NCBI RefSeq assembly: GCF_050320075.1
Contig: NZ_CP190018.1
Reading direction: 5' to 3' (one strand)
Origin: Escherichia coli
GTDB lineage: Bacteria; Pseudomonadota; Gammaproteobacteria; Enterobacterales; Enterobacteriaceae
Length of the DNA stretch: 64,000 bases
In this document: piece by piece, positions 1 through 10,608 of the stretch
Layout of the letters: every line of letters starts with the position of its first letter
Numbering within the stretch: position 1 is the stretch's first letter
Position numbers and translations under genes: made by a program
Notes under the pieces: model-generated
Database searches by the model: none
What the model was told of the DNA's origin: nothing
Seen by the model: only the letters and a program-made list of their open reading frames with translations

Positions 1-8
1 GACAGACG

Positions 9-284
9 CTATCGCACAGGATGGATAAGATAATTCGCCTTTGTCGGAAAAGGGGGCGGAATTTCTTCTGTGAGGTTTAATGGTGGCGCATCTTCTCTCA
101 TTTTTAACAAAATCGCCTGTGATGGCTGAAATTTTGTAGAGTGAGTTGTCGTCATCGCTGACGTTTTTTCCGTCTCTTTATAGCTCGCCTCACTACCACC
201 ACCAGAAATAGAAAATGCAAAAACATTGCACGCCATAATAGAGACCAATAAAAATAAGCTAAAAAGCATTAAGTTTACTTTCAT
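9..284 (-). CDS. ypdI: small putative lipoprotein YpdI (91 aa)
   Basis: Track ORF; hydrophobic N-terminal signal ending in lipobox-like IMAC; divergent from yfdX as in K-12 gene order. Confidence 0.6.
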   Translation of the reverse strand: MKVNLMLFSLFLLVSIMACNVFAFSISGGGSEASYKETEKTSAMTTTHSTKFQPSQAILLKMREDAPPLNLTEEIPPPFPTKANYLIHPVR

Positions 285-426
285 AGAAAGTTATCCTGAA
301 AATGGTTCACTGAAAACCTACGACGTTATTGCTGTATTTACATATAATTAATCAGTATTTACATCGATATAATAAATGACATCTCTTTTTGGTATATAAG
401 AATAGTTCTCTGTGACAGGAAGCATA

Positions 427-444
427 TTCCTACAATTGTAAGAC
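427..444. promoter_or_regulatory. candidate EvgA box upstream of yfdX
   Basis: TTCCTACA-AT-TGTAAGAC, an 8-2-8 near-palindrome matching the EvgA inverted-repeat consensus TTCYTACA-N2-TGTARGAA; a weaker second copy lies near 465-482. Confidence 0.5.
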
Positions 445-579
445 TAAAATACTTCTTGCGATAATAACTACAACTGTAAGATAACCCTTTCAAAATGACC
501 GTTGCTCTCTGATTTCTCATTTCATGCTCACCCAATATGATGGCGGCGTTTTCTAAAACTGTTAAAGAATGAGGTAAGT

Positions 580-1212
580 ATGAAACGTTTAATTATGGCT
601 ACGATGGTCACAGCAATTCTGGCATCTTCAACTGTATGGGCGGCTGATAATGCACCGGTAGCGGCACAACAGCAAACTCAGCAAGTTCAGCAAACCCAGA
701 AAACGGCAGCAGCAGAGCGTATCTCTGAACAAGGTTTATATGCGATGCGTGACGTGCAGGTAGCGCGCTTGGCTCTGTTTCATGGCGATCCGGAAAAGGC
801 AAAAGAACTGACCAATGAAGCTTCAGCTTTGTTGTCAGATGACAGTACCGAATGGGCAAAGTTCGCTAAGCCAGGTAAAAAGACCAATGTCAATGATGAC
901 CAATATATTGTCATTAATGCATCTGTCGGAATTTCTGAGAGTTATGTAGCGACACCCGAAAAAGAAGCCGCGATAAAAATTGCCAACGAAAAAATGGCGA
1001 AAGGGGATAAAAAGGGCGCAATGGAAGAGCTGCGCCTGGCCGGTGTTGGCGTAATGGAAAACCAATATCTGATGCCGCTCAAACAGACTCGTAATGCACT
1101 TGCTGATGCGCAGAAACTGCTTGATAAAAAGCAATACTACGAGGCAAACCTGGCGCTTAAAGGTGCGGAAGATGGAATCATCGTCGATAGCGAAGCACTG
1201 TTTGTGAACTAA
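580..1212 (+). CDS. yfdX: periplasmic protein YfdX (EvgA-regulated, function unclear)
   Basis: Track ORF 210 aa with signal peptide; sequence recognised as YfdX; upstream of frc. Confidence 0.9.
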   Translation: MKRLIMATMVTAILASSTVWAADNAPVAAQQQTQQVQQTQKTAAAERISEQGLYAMRDVQVARLALFHGDPEKAKELTNEASALLSDDSTEWAKFAKPGKKTNVNDDQYIVINASVGISESYVATPEKEAAIKIANEKMAKGDKKGAMEELRLAGVGVMENQYLMPLKQTRNALADAQKLLDKKQYYEANLALKGAEDGIIVDSEALFVN

Positions 1213-1266
1213 CGCTGACAGGCAGTATATTGAGGTAAAGGATTTAACTCCCTCCAGCCGACAATT

Positions 1267-1303
1267 TTTTATGACCACAATACGACAGGTTGTGGTCATA
1301 AAA
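1267..1303. terminator. hairpin terminator downstream of yfdX
   Basis: Perfect 14-bp inverted repeat TTTTATGACCACAA / TTGTGGTCATAAAA with 9-nt loop, about 55 bp after the yfdX stop, with A/T-rich flanks. Confidence 0.5.
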
Positions 1304-1455
1304 TTATTTGGCGCTCGCGGTTCTATAAACTCGCATTTTATCTTCCTCAAAGTAAACCGCAATAATCCCGTGTCATCACAAATCATTTATTATGTTATGT
1401 TTTATGGTACGCTTTAAAAGGCGTAATCATACCCTTACTTGTAAATCACCGGCGC

Positions 1456-1473
1456 TTCTTACAGTTGTAAGAA
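1456..1473. promoter_or_regulatory. EvgA box upstream of frc
   Basis: TTCTTACA-GT-TGTAAGAA, a perfect 8-2-8 palindrome matching the EvgA consensus, about 250 bp upstream of the frc start. Confidence 0.6.
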
Positions 1474-1724
1474 TAACATCACAAATGTCGCGGCTCTCTC
1501 TGATTACCGCGAACCAATATTTATCATATTCTTCTTTTCGTCCTCACTACTTACCATGCAGAAAGGAATTGGAAGTGGCGATGAAATGATTTTCAGCACT
1601 TGATACAGGAATTTAAAAATATCGAGTGCAGCTACGACGATATTTTGCGGATTATTTATAGAGGGCGTTATGCCTTAAATAAACGCTAAATTAACATATA
1701 TTTAATTAACTAATAGGTATTGCT

Positions 1725-2975
1725 ATGTCAACTCCACTTCAAGGAATTAAAGTTCTCGATTTCACCGGTGTGCAATCTGGCCCATCTTGTACTCAAATGC
1801 TGGCCTGGTTTGGCGCTGACGTCATTAAAATTGAACGTCCCGGCGTTGGTGACGTAACGCGTCACCAGCTGCGAGATATTCCTGATATCGATGCGCTTTA
1901 CTTCACCATGCTTAACAGTAACAAACGTTCTATTGAATTAAATACCAAAACAGCGGAAGGCAAAGAGGTAATGGAAAAGCTGATCCGCGAAGCTGATATC
2001 TTAGTCGAGAACTTTCATCCAGGGGCCATTGATCACATGGGCTTCACCTGGGAGCATATTCAAGAAATCAATCCACGTCTGATTTTTGGTTCGATCAAAG
2101 GGTTTGATGAGTGTTCGCCTTATGTGAATGTAAAAGCCTATGAAAACGTTGCTCAGGCAGCGGGTGGTGCGGCATCCACTACGGGTTTTTGGGACGGTCC
2201 GCCGCTGGTAAGCGCTGCAGCGTTGGGTGACAGCAACACCGGAATGCATTTACTGATCGGTTTACTTGCTGCTTTGCTGCATCGCGAAAAAACGGGGCGT
2301 GGGCAACGAGTCACCATGTCAATGCAGGATGCCGTATTGAACCTTTGCCGCGTGAAATTACGCGACCAGCAGCGTCTCGATAAATTGGGTTATCTGGAAG
2401 AATACCCGCAGTATCCGAATGGCACATTTGGTGATGCAGTTCCCCGCGGAGGTAATGCGGGTGGTGGCGGTCAGCCTGGCTGGATCCTGAAATGTAAAGG
2501 CTGGGAAACCGATCCTAACGCCTATATTTATTTCACTATTCAGGAGCAAAACTGGGAAAACACCTGTAAAGCCATCGGCAAACCAGATTGGATTACCGAT
2601 CCGGCATACAGTACAGCCCATGCCCGACAGCCACATATTTTCGATATTTTTGCTGAAATCGAAAAATACACTGTCACTATTGATAAACATGAAGCGGTGG
2701 CCTATTTGACTCAGTTTGATATTCCTTGTGCACCGGTTTTAAGTATGAAAGAAATTTCACTTGATCCCTCTTTGCGCCAAAGTGGCAGTGTTGTTGAAGT
2801 GGAACAACCGTTGCGTGGAAAATATCTGACAGTTGGTTGTCCAATGAAATTCTCTGCCTTTACGCCGGATATTAAAGCTGCGCCGCTATTAGGTGAACAT
2901 ACCGCTGCTGTATTGCAGGAGCTGGGTTATAGCGACGATGAAATTGCTGCAATGAAGCAAAACCACGCCATCTGA
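1725..2975 (+). CDS. frc: formyl-CoA:oxalate CoA-transferase
   Basis: Track ORF 416 aa; family III CoA-transferase sequence recognised as Frc (YfdW); immediately upstream of oxc. Confidence 0.95.
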   Translation: MSTPLQGIKVLDFTGVQSGPSCTQMLAWFGADVIKIERPGVGDVTRHQLRDIPDIDALYFTMLNSNKRSIELNTKTAEGKEVMEKLIREADILVENFHPGAIDHMGFTWEHIQEINPRLIFGSIKGFDECSPYVNVKAYENVAQAAGGAASTTGFWDGPPLVSAAALGDSNTGMHLLIGLLAALLHREKTGRGQRVTMSMQDAVLNLCRVKLRDQQRLDKLGYLEEYPQYPNGTFGDAVPRGGNAGGGGQPGWILKCKGWETDPNAYIYFTIQEQNWENTCKAIGKPDWITDPAYSTAHARQPHIFDIFAEIEKYTVTIDKHEAVAYLTQFDIPCAPVLSMKEISLDPSLRQSGSVVEVEQPLRGKYLTVGCPMKFSAFTPDIKAAPLLGEHTAAVLQELGYSDDEIAAMKQNHAI

Positions 2976-3028
2976 TATTAACGGGGGCTTCTGGCTCCCA
3001 ATTTATAAAAATTTCGAGGTTATTAATC

Positions 3029-4723
3029 ATGTCAGATCAACTTCAAATGACAGATGGTATGCATATCATCGTTGAAGCATTAAAACAGAATGATATTGAC
3101 ACTATTTATGGTGTTGTAGGTATTCCTGTGACGGATATGGCGCGCCATGCCCAGGCGGAAGGCATTCGTTATATTGGTTTTCGTCATGAGCAGTCGGCAG
3201 GCTATGCCGCTGCGGCAAGCGGTTTTCTTACCCAAAAACCAGGGATCTGCCTGACAGTGTCTGCGCCAGGATTCCTCAATGGTTTGACCGCATTGGCCAA
3301 CGCAACGGTAAATGGTTTTCCGATGATCATGATTAGCGGCTCCAGCGACCGCGCGATCGTCGACCTACAGCAAGGTGATTATGAAGAGCTGGACCAAATG
3401 AATGCGGCAAAACCGTATGCCAAAGCAGCATTTCGCGTTAATCAGCCGCAGGATCTTGGCATTGCATTGGCACGCGCTATCCGGGTCTCAGTATCGGGTC
3501 GCCCTGGCGGAGTTTATCTTGATTTACCAGCAAATGTCCTGGCCGCGACGATGGAAAAAGACGAAGCGTTAACCACGATTGTAAAAGTTGAAAATCCGTC
3601 GCCAGCATTATTGCCATGCCCGAAGTCAGTCACTAGCGCAATTTCGCTTTTAGCAAAAGCTGAACGACCATTAGTTATCCTTGGCAAAGGCGCGGCGTAT
3701 TCACAAGCGGATGAACAGCTTCGTGAATTTATTGAAAGTGCCCAGATTCCATTCCTGCCAATGTCTATGGCGAAAGGGATCCTCGAAGATACACATCCAC
3801 TTTCTGCGGCAACTGCGCGTTCGTTTGCCCTGGCAAATGCTGACGTTGTCATGCTTGTCGGTGCACGACTGAATTGGTTACTGGCACACGGTAAAAAAGG
3901 ATGGGCGGCAGATACACAGTTTATTCAACTGGATATTGAACCGCAGGAAATTGACAGCAACCGCCCCATTGCTGTGCCAGTCGTTGGCGATATTGCATCC
4001 AGTATGCAAGGTATGCTGGCAGAATTGAAACAAAACACATTTACGACTCCACTGGTATGGCGCGATATTTTAAATATCCACAAGCAGCAAAATGCACAAA
4101 AAATGCATGAAAAATTAAGTACAGATACTCAACCATTAAATTACTTTAATGCATTAAGTGCTGTGCGCGATGTATTGCGCGAGAACCAGGATATTTATTT
4201 AGTTAATGAAGGTGCAAATACCCTGGATAATGCACGAAATATTATTGATATGTATAAACCACGTCGCCGTCTGGATTGTGGTACCTGGGGTGTCATGGGC
4301 ATCGGTATGGGCTATGCCATCGGTGCTAGCGTGACCTCTGGTTCTCCGGTTGTCGCCATTGAAGGTGATAGTGCTTTTGGTTTCAGTGGGATGGAGATTG
4401 AAACGATTTGTCGATATAACCTGCCGGTGACGATCGTTATTTTTAATAATGGCGGCATCTACAGAGGAGACGGTGTTGATCTCAGTGGCGCTGGTGCACC
4501 ATCACCAACAGATCTATTGCACCATGCAAGGTATGACAAATTAATGGATGCGTTTCGTGGCGTTGGCTATAACGTCACTACGACAGATGAACTTCGTCAT
4601 GCTTTAACCACCGGTATTCAGTCGCGCAAACCGACCATTATTAATGTGGTCATCGACCCTGCAGCAGGAACTGAAAGTGGCCATATTACCAAACTTAACC
4701 CAAAACAAGTCGCTGGTAATTAA
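3029..4723 (+). CDS. oxc: oxalyl-CoA decarboxylase (ThDP-dependent)
   Basis: Track ORF 564 aa; thiamine-diphosphate enzyme family sequence recognised as Oxc (YfdU). Confidence 0.95.
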
Positions 4724-4791
4724 ATACTGACATCGTCTCCTCTTGCCAACTCATTATCGATGGTGAGGGGACCCTTATCGGAAATACTATT

Positions 4792-5736
4792 ATGCTAACA
4801 TTTTTTATTGGCGATTTATTGCCTATTATCGTAATCATGCTGTTGGGTTATTTTAGCGGCAGACGAGAAACTTTTTCAGAAGATCAAGCCCGGGCATTTA
4901 ATAAACTGGTATTAAACTACGCTCTTCCTGCGGCCCTATTTGTTTCTATTACCCGGGCAAACAGGGAAATGATTTTTGCGGACACTCGCCTGACCCTTGT
5001 ATCACTTGTGGTTATTGTCGGATGTTTCTTTTTCTCCTGGTTTGGTTGCTACAAATTTTTTAAACGTACTCATGCAGAAGCAGCAGTATGTGCATTAATT
5101 GCAGGTTCACCTACCATCGGATTCCTGGGATTTGCAGTTCTCGATCCTATTTATGGCGATTCCGTATCAACAGGTTTAGTTGTAGCAATTATTTCTATTA
5201 TTGTTAACGCAATTACTATTCCTATTGGTCTGTATTTGCTGAATCCTTCCTCAGGAGCGGATGGTAAGAAGAATAGTAATCTGAGCGCATTAATTTCTGC
5301 GGCAAAGGAGCCAGTAGTATGGGCACCTGTTCTGGCAACGATCCTGGTGTTGGTTGGGGTAAAAATTCCGGCAGCATGGGACCCAACCTTTAATCTGATT
5401 GCGAAGGCTAACTCAGGGGTAGCGGTATTCGCTGCGGGGTTGACTCTGGCTGCACATAAATTCGAATTCAGTGCCGAAATTGCTTATAACACCTTCCTGA
5501 AGCTGATTCTGATGCCACTGGCGCTGCTTCTCGTGGGTATGGCATGTCATTTGAACAGCGAACATTTGCAGATGATGGTACTGGCAGGTGCCTTACCGCC
5601 GGCATTCTCCGGAATCATTATTGCCAGCCGGTTTAATGTCTACACCCGCACTGGTACAGCGTCACTGGCTGTGAGCGTACTGGGCTTTGTCGTCACGGCT
5701 CCTTTGTGGATTTATGTCAGTCGACTGGTTTCATAA
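4792..5736 (+). CDS. yfdV: AEC-family membrane transporter YfdV
   Basis: Track ORF 314 aa, polytopic membrane protein; position between oxc and yfdE. Confidence 0.85.
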
Positions 5737-5764
5737 TTAATCATGTTATTGATTTTACATAAAT

Positions 5765-5795
5765 GCCGAAGTGTCTTTTCACCTTCGGCTTTTTT
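5765..5795 (+). terminator. intrinsic-terminator-like hairpin between yfdV and yfdE
   Basis: GCCGAAG-(11 nt loop)-CTTCGGC followed by TTTTTT; it overlaps the GTG that opens the track ORF at 5771. Confidence 0.45.
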
Positions 5796-5809
5796 CAAGG
5801 CATAAGCAA

Positions 5810-6955
5810 ATGACAAATAATGAATGCAAAGGGCCGTTTGAAGGCTTATTAGTTATCGATATGACACATGTCCTTAATGGACCTTTCGGAACTCAACTTC
5901 TTTGTAATATGGGCGCAAGGGTAATTAAAGTTGAGCCGCCGGGTCATGGTGATGATACCCGCACATTTGGTCCCTATGTGGATGGACAGTCACTCTATTA
6001 CAGTTTTATTAATCATGGCAAAGAGAGTGTGGTTCTTGATTTAAAGAATGATCACGATAAAAGTATATTTATAAATATGCTTAAACAAGCTGATGTATTA
6101 GCTGAGAATTTTCGCCCAGGTACAATGGAAAAACTGGGGTTTTCATGGGAAACGCTACAAGAAATCAACCCGCGTCTCATATATGCTTCATCGTCAGGTT
6201 TTGGGCATACCGGCCCGCTAAAAGATGCTCCAGCCTACGATACCATCATTCAGGCAATGAGCGGGATAATGATGGAAACAGGGTACCCTGATGCTCCGCC
6301 AGTGCGCGTGGGTACCTCTCTTGCGGATTTATGTGGCGGTGTCTATTTATTCAGCGGAATAGTGAGTGCACTTTATGGCCGCGAAAAGAGCCAGAGAGGG
6401 GCGCATGTCGATATAGCGATGTTTGATGCCACGCTGAGTTTTCTGGAGCATGGTCTGATGGCATATATTGCGACAGGGAAGTCACCACAACGCCTGGGAA
6501 ATCGCCATCCCTACATGGCACCTTTTGATGTTTTTGATACTCAGGATAAGCCGATTACGATTTGTTGTGGTAATGACAAGCTTTTTTCTGCGTTATGCCA
6601 GGCACTGGAGCTTACGGAACTGGTTAATGATCCCCGATTTAGCAGCAATATTTTACGCGTACAAAACCAGGCTATTCTTAAACAATATATTGAGCGAACG
6701 TTAAAAACGCAGGCAGCTGAAGTTTGGTTAGCCAAAATACATGAAGTTGGTGTGCCCGTCGCGCCGTTATTAAGTGTGGCTGAGGCCATTAATTTGCCAC
6801 AAACTCAGGCGAGAAATATGTTGATTGAAGCCGGGGGAATAATGATGCCAGGTAATCCGATAAAAATCAGCGGCTGCGCGGACCCGCATGTTATGCCGGG
6901 AGCGGCAACGCTCGACCAACATGGGGAACAAATTCGCCAGGAGTTTTCATCATAA
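5810..6955 (+). CDS. yfdE: family III CoA-transferase YfdE (acetyl-CoA:oxalate CoA-transferase)
   Basis: Track ORF 5771..6955; start moved to the in-frame ATG at 5810 (381 aa) because the upstream part lies inside the hairpin/T-run; paralogous to Frc. Confidence 0.85.
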   Translation: MTNNECKGPFEGLLVIDMTHVLNGPFGTQLLCNMGARVIKVEPPGHGDDTRTFGPYVDGQSLYYSFINHGKESVVLDLKNDHDKSIFINMLKQADVLAENFRPGTMEKLGFSWETLQEINPRLIYASSSGFGHTGPLKDAPAYDTIIQAMSGIMMETGYPDAPPVRVGTSLADLCGGVYLFSGIVSALYGREKSQRGAHVDIAMFDATLSFLEHGLMAYIATGKSPQRLGNRHPYMAPFDVFDTQDKPITICCGNDKLFSALCQALELTELVNDPRFSSNILRVQNQAILKQYIERTLKTQAAEVWLAKIHEVGVPVAPLLSVAEAINLPQTQARNMLIEAGGIMMPGNPIKISGCADPHVMPGAATLDQHGEQIRQEFSS

Positions 6956-6977
6956 ATGTAAGATGTGCTGGTAAATA

Positions 6978-7004
6978 GCTCCCACATTTGAATATTGTGG
7001 GAGC
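6978..7004. terminator. hairpin between convergent yfdE and evgS
   Basis: 9-bp stem GCTCCCACA / TGTGGGAGC with 9-nt loop located between the two convergent stop codons. Confidence 0.45.
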
Positions 7005-7010
7005 CGCTAT

Positions 7011-10000
7011 TTAGTCATTTTGTTGACAGAAAACAGCTATCTCCTGGTCCAGCTCTGCAATGTGTTCTTTAACAGAGTTCAGCAACTTAAGAATTTCAGG
7101 CTTACTGTCATCTGAAACAGGTGTTATTTCTAACTGATGGCTAATATTAATCAACTTTTGCAAATTGAGGATGTTAGCCGCACCGTGGATGCGATGAATA
7201 CACTGATGGAAAGTTCTGTTGTCGCCAGCTTCTAGTGCATGAAACGCAGCGGGTAGATCTTTATGCGTTTCATGCTGGAAAGTCATGAGAATCTCCTGCA
7301 TCAGTTGTAGATCGTTCGCCGTATTATTTTTCAGGGCCTCGATATCAAGGTGGCGATACTGAGGTGCAATAGGCGCAACCTGGTGTAACTGACTTAAATG
7401 TGTTTTCAGTACATCCAGGGTCAACGGTTTGAACAAACATAAGTTCATGCCGCAATTTAACCCTTTTTCACGTTCGTTAGCCTGTGCGTTGGCTGTAAGC
7501 CCCCAGATGGGTAAGGAAGAATTTTGCTCACGGAGTTTGCGAGTCAACTCAAAACCATCCATATTCGGCATATTAACGTCAGTAATAAGCAGATCATAAT
7601 GTTGCATACTGACTTTGTGTAGCGCTTGCACACCATCAGTTGCTTCATCAACATCATATCCTAATAGGTTTAGCTGGCGTTTGAGTAATAGCCTGTTGGT
7701 CGGATGATCATCCGCGATTAATATGCTCAACTTTTCAGGGAGTGTCATGGGTTGTTCTGCTTTTGCCTCGACAGCCGCCACTTGTTGGGTAATTTCTACC
7801 GGGATTGTGATCGTAAATGTCGTTCCTATGCCTGGATGACTTTCTAATGACAAATCGCCCTGCATGTTTTTAATTAATTCTTTGCAGATCATTAAGCCTA
7901 AACCAGAACCTGTTTGCTGACGACCTGCACTTGTTTGGCTATAGCGTTTAAACAGTTGTTGTTGTTCTTCCTGCGATAATCCACTTCCAGAATCCATAAT
8001 CGTCATTTTGATAACAGCGTGGTTGTCATCAATGTCACCCAGGGAGGTCGTAATTTTTACTGCCCCCTCGGTAGTAAATTTAAGAGCATTGCTCAGTAAA
8101 TTAGATAAGACCTGCTTAAACGCCTGAGGGTCGATCTTAACCTGGTAATGTTCTGGAAACGTACTGCTGCAACTTAATGCGATGGATTTGCTTGCAGCAA
8201 TCGCACCGAAAGAATGACAAGTGTTCTGGACTAAAGTAGGGATATCGACCCATTGTGGTTGAAGTTGATAGTTACCCGATTCAATTTTGTCGACATCAAG
8301 GATTTCACCAATTAAGCCGAGGAGTGATTGTCCGGTGGCGTAGGCAAGTGAAATCGCCTCCACCCGTTGCTCCTTGCTAAGACCAGAACCCGACAGAAGT
8401 TCCAGGAAGCCCATAATGGAGCTTATTGGTGTTCTTATTTCGTGACTCATTGTTGCCAGAAACTGGCTTTTTGCGACAGTTGCATTGATCGCTTTATTTC
8501 TCTCTACCTCGAGTGCATGAATTAAATCACGCGTCTCGGTAATATCTTGCCAACCACAAATATAAACAGCATGATCGCTGGCTGGCAGATTGCATAATGT
8601 ATGCCAGTGGTTAATGCATCTTTTCTCGATGCCATTATCAATTTCAAATACCTGTGTGTATATTGTTCGATTTTCTTTCGTTTCTGCTGTGACTTCATGC
8701 GCATTAGAAAAAACATCTTTAAAGGGTGAGTCACTGTTTTCTAATGGTAACATTGCATTTTTGTAGTAATCCGCAGTGAAATAATGTTCAAAAGCACTAT
8801 TATGACTAATGACATTACCTTGCCAGTTTACAACATAAGTTGGATTCGGTAAGGAATCCGAGAGTGCTTTTCGGAATGATATTTGGTTTTCTAAATCACC
8901 CTGAATGACTTTACGACGACGAACTGAGCGTAACAGGTAGAATCCCCATAAAAGGCTACTGCCAACTAATAAAACGGATAATGTCGTGACAATATAAAAT
9001 TGCTCGCTATAGAGGTCCCATGTGTCAATGGTCACATTGGGCATTTTAATCCATTTTTCCGTCAGGCGCAGAACTTCGCTTGGGGGAATTGCATTCAGTG
9101 CTTTATTAATAATATCCTTAAGTTCCGGTTCTCCGCGAGGAAAAGCGAACGAAAGCGATGCATTCGGAACGCCGGGAATAAGAAAATGATAAAGTTCATT
9201 AGGATAGTAATGGTCGATCATGTAACGTGAATTTAACTGTGTCGCGACCAGAGCATCAAGTTCGCCTTCCTTGACCTTGTGAAATGCAGCGCTGGCGTTA
9301 TCGACTTTTATCCACTCTACCTCCGGATACATCTCTTTTAATTGCGAATGAAGCTCATAATAATAGGGAATGGCAACTTTCATTCCTTTTTTTAATGTTT
9401 GTTCACTGTCAGGCGCTTTTTGCATGACAAAAACGTAAGGCGTTGTTATGAAGGCTTCAGCAAATAAAACATTATTTTCTCTATCTTCACTATAAATAGC
9501 GGCGGGCAATATATCCCATCCACCGGGGTTAAGCTGTGTCCCCGCATGAATATTGTGTGAAACGGTGATCGGAGAAAAATTTAAACCTGTTTGCAAGGTA
9601 ATAATATTAAGAATATCACCCATCACGCCCCGAACTGAGCCAGTTTCATCTGTCATAGAATAGGGTGGCGAGTAAGGATTTTCCAGCACCTTTAAATCGG
9701 GATGCTGCTTAATCCACTGTTTTTCATGTTCAGTGAGTTCTAATGGTTTGTTCAGAAAGGCCAGGTTTCCTGTATCAAGCCAATTTTGTGATACTTCATA
9801 GCGAACTTCATTTGTTAAAGCATCAACAAACCGATTGAGTACTTCATTAAGAACGACTGAATCTTTTCTGGTTAAGAAAAAGTTATATTGACGCGGCGAG
9901 TTATAATATTTCACTACATTTAAGGAGTGAGTGAAATAGCGGGAAATCATACTGCTGGTAATAATGTTACTACCAATAAAGTAATCATTCTGTCCGGCTG

Positions 10001-10604
10001 AGACGGATGCTAATGCCTGATATAAATTTGTAAAAGAGATAATTGTTGCTTTTGGAAATGATTGATGAATTACCTCATCTGGAGGGTAATTTGCTACCCG
10101 AGCAATATTTACTGGTTTTGATGAGGTAAGCGGTCTCATTGAATCGTGAAGGGTGGTGACCAGCGCCGGAAAGGTAATTATCAGCGGTTTGGTTGCAGCA
10201 ATGTCATCATTAAGAGGCGGCGAAGCAACTAAATGTGATAACACTATATCGACTTCCCCTTCTGTAAGCGCGTCCATTGCTTTTTGATGATCTGCGTATT
10301 CCCGGAGTGTTAATTTGATATTTAACGCTCTTTTTAAAAGATTTAAATAATCAGCATTAATACCACGAACCCGTTGCTGCGAATCGGTATGCAACAAAGT
10401 AGCCGTTTGGGACTTGTGTACTGCAATCACAAGATTTTTTTTGCTCGCTAACCAACGTAATTCCTTGTTGCTCAGACGTAGTGGATCAAGCGTGACACGG
10501 TTGTTACTACTGATGCCACGATATTCGATGTAATCTTCGTCTGCGAAACTTATGGTCGACCAAAGACCACAACAGAGAAGAATAATATAGGGTAAAAACT
10601 TCAT
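7011..10604 (-). CDS. evgS: hybrid sensor histidine kinase EvgS
   Basis: Track ORF 1197 aa with periplasmic domains, HisKA/HATPase, receiver and HPt regions; sequence recognised as EvgS. Confidence 0.95.
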   Translation of the reverse strand: MKFLPYIILLCCGLWSTISFADEDYIEYRGISSNNRVTLDPLRLSNKELRWLASKKNLVIAVHKSQTATLLHTDSQQRVRGINADYLNLLKRALNIKLTLREYADHQKAMDALTEGEVDIVLSHLVASPPLNDDIAATKPLIITFPALVTTLHDSMRPLTSSKPVNIARVANYPPDEVIHQSFPKATIISFTNLYQALASVSAGQNDYFIGSNIITSSMISRYFTHSLNVVKYYNSPRQYNFFLTRKDSVVLNEVLNRFVDALTNEVRYEVSQNWLDTGNLAFLNKPLELTEHEKQWIKQHPDLKVLENPYSPPYSMTDETGSVRGVMGDILNIITLQTGLNFSPITVSHNIHAGTQLNPGGWDILPAAIYSEDRENNVLFAEAFITTPYVFVMQKAPDSEQTLKKGMKVAIPYYYELHSQLKEMYPEVEWIKVDNASAAFHKVKEGELDALVATQLNSRYMIDHYYPNELYHFLIPGVPNASLSFAFPRGEPELKDIINKALNAIPPSEVLRLTEKWIKMPNVTIDTWDLYSEQFYIVTTLSVLLVGSSLLWGFYLLRSVRRRKVIQGDLENQISFRKALSDSLPNPTYVVNWQGNVISHNSAFEHYFTADYYKNAMLPLENSDSPFKDVFSNAHEVTAETKENRTIYTQVFEIDNGIEKRCINHWHTLCNLPASDHAVYICGWQDITETRDLIHALEVERNKAINATVAKSQFLATMSHEIRTPISSIMGFLELLSGSGLSKEQRVEAISLAYATGQSLLGLIGEILDVDKIESGNYQLQPQWVDIPTLVQNTCHSFGAIAASKSIALSCSSTFPEHYQVKIDPQAFKQVLSNLLSNALKFTTEGAVKITTSLGDIDDNHAVIKMTIMDSGSGLSQEEQQQLFKRYSQTSAGRQQTGSGLGLMICKELIKNMQGDLSLESHPGIGTTFTITIPVEITQQVAAVEAKAEQPMTLPEKLSILIADDHPTNRLLLKRQLNLLGYDVDEATDGVQALHKVSMQHYDLLITDVNMPNMDGFELTRKLREQNSSLPIWGLTANAQANEREKGLNCGMNLCLFKPLTLDVLKTHLSQLHQVAPIAPQYRHLDIEALKNNTANDLQLMQEILMTFQHETHKDLPAAFHALEAGDNRTFHQCIHRIHGAANILNLQKLINISHQLEITPVSDDSKPEILKLLNSVKEHIAELDQEIAVFCQQND

Positions 10605-10608
10605 GTGG

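Noticed and set aside
835-1386. 183-aa minus-strand ORF overlapping yfdX and the downstream hairpin
   Set aside because: Antisense to the well-supported yfdX gene, low-complexity translation, no independent support; treated as a frame artefact. The same reasoning applies to the many other embedded or antisense track ORFs (for example 2001-2249, 3514-3852, 6541-6789, 14834-15199, 21920-22373, 28396-29250, 40198-41281, 46650-47885, 54391-55014, 55945-56487).
1392-1589. 65-aa ORF between yfdX and frc
   Set aside because: Covers the EvgA palindrome and promoter region of frc; no RBS and not a plausible protein.
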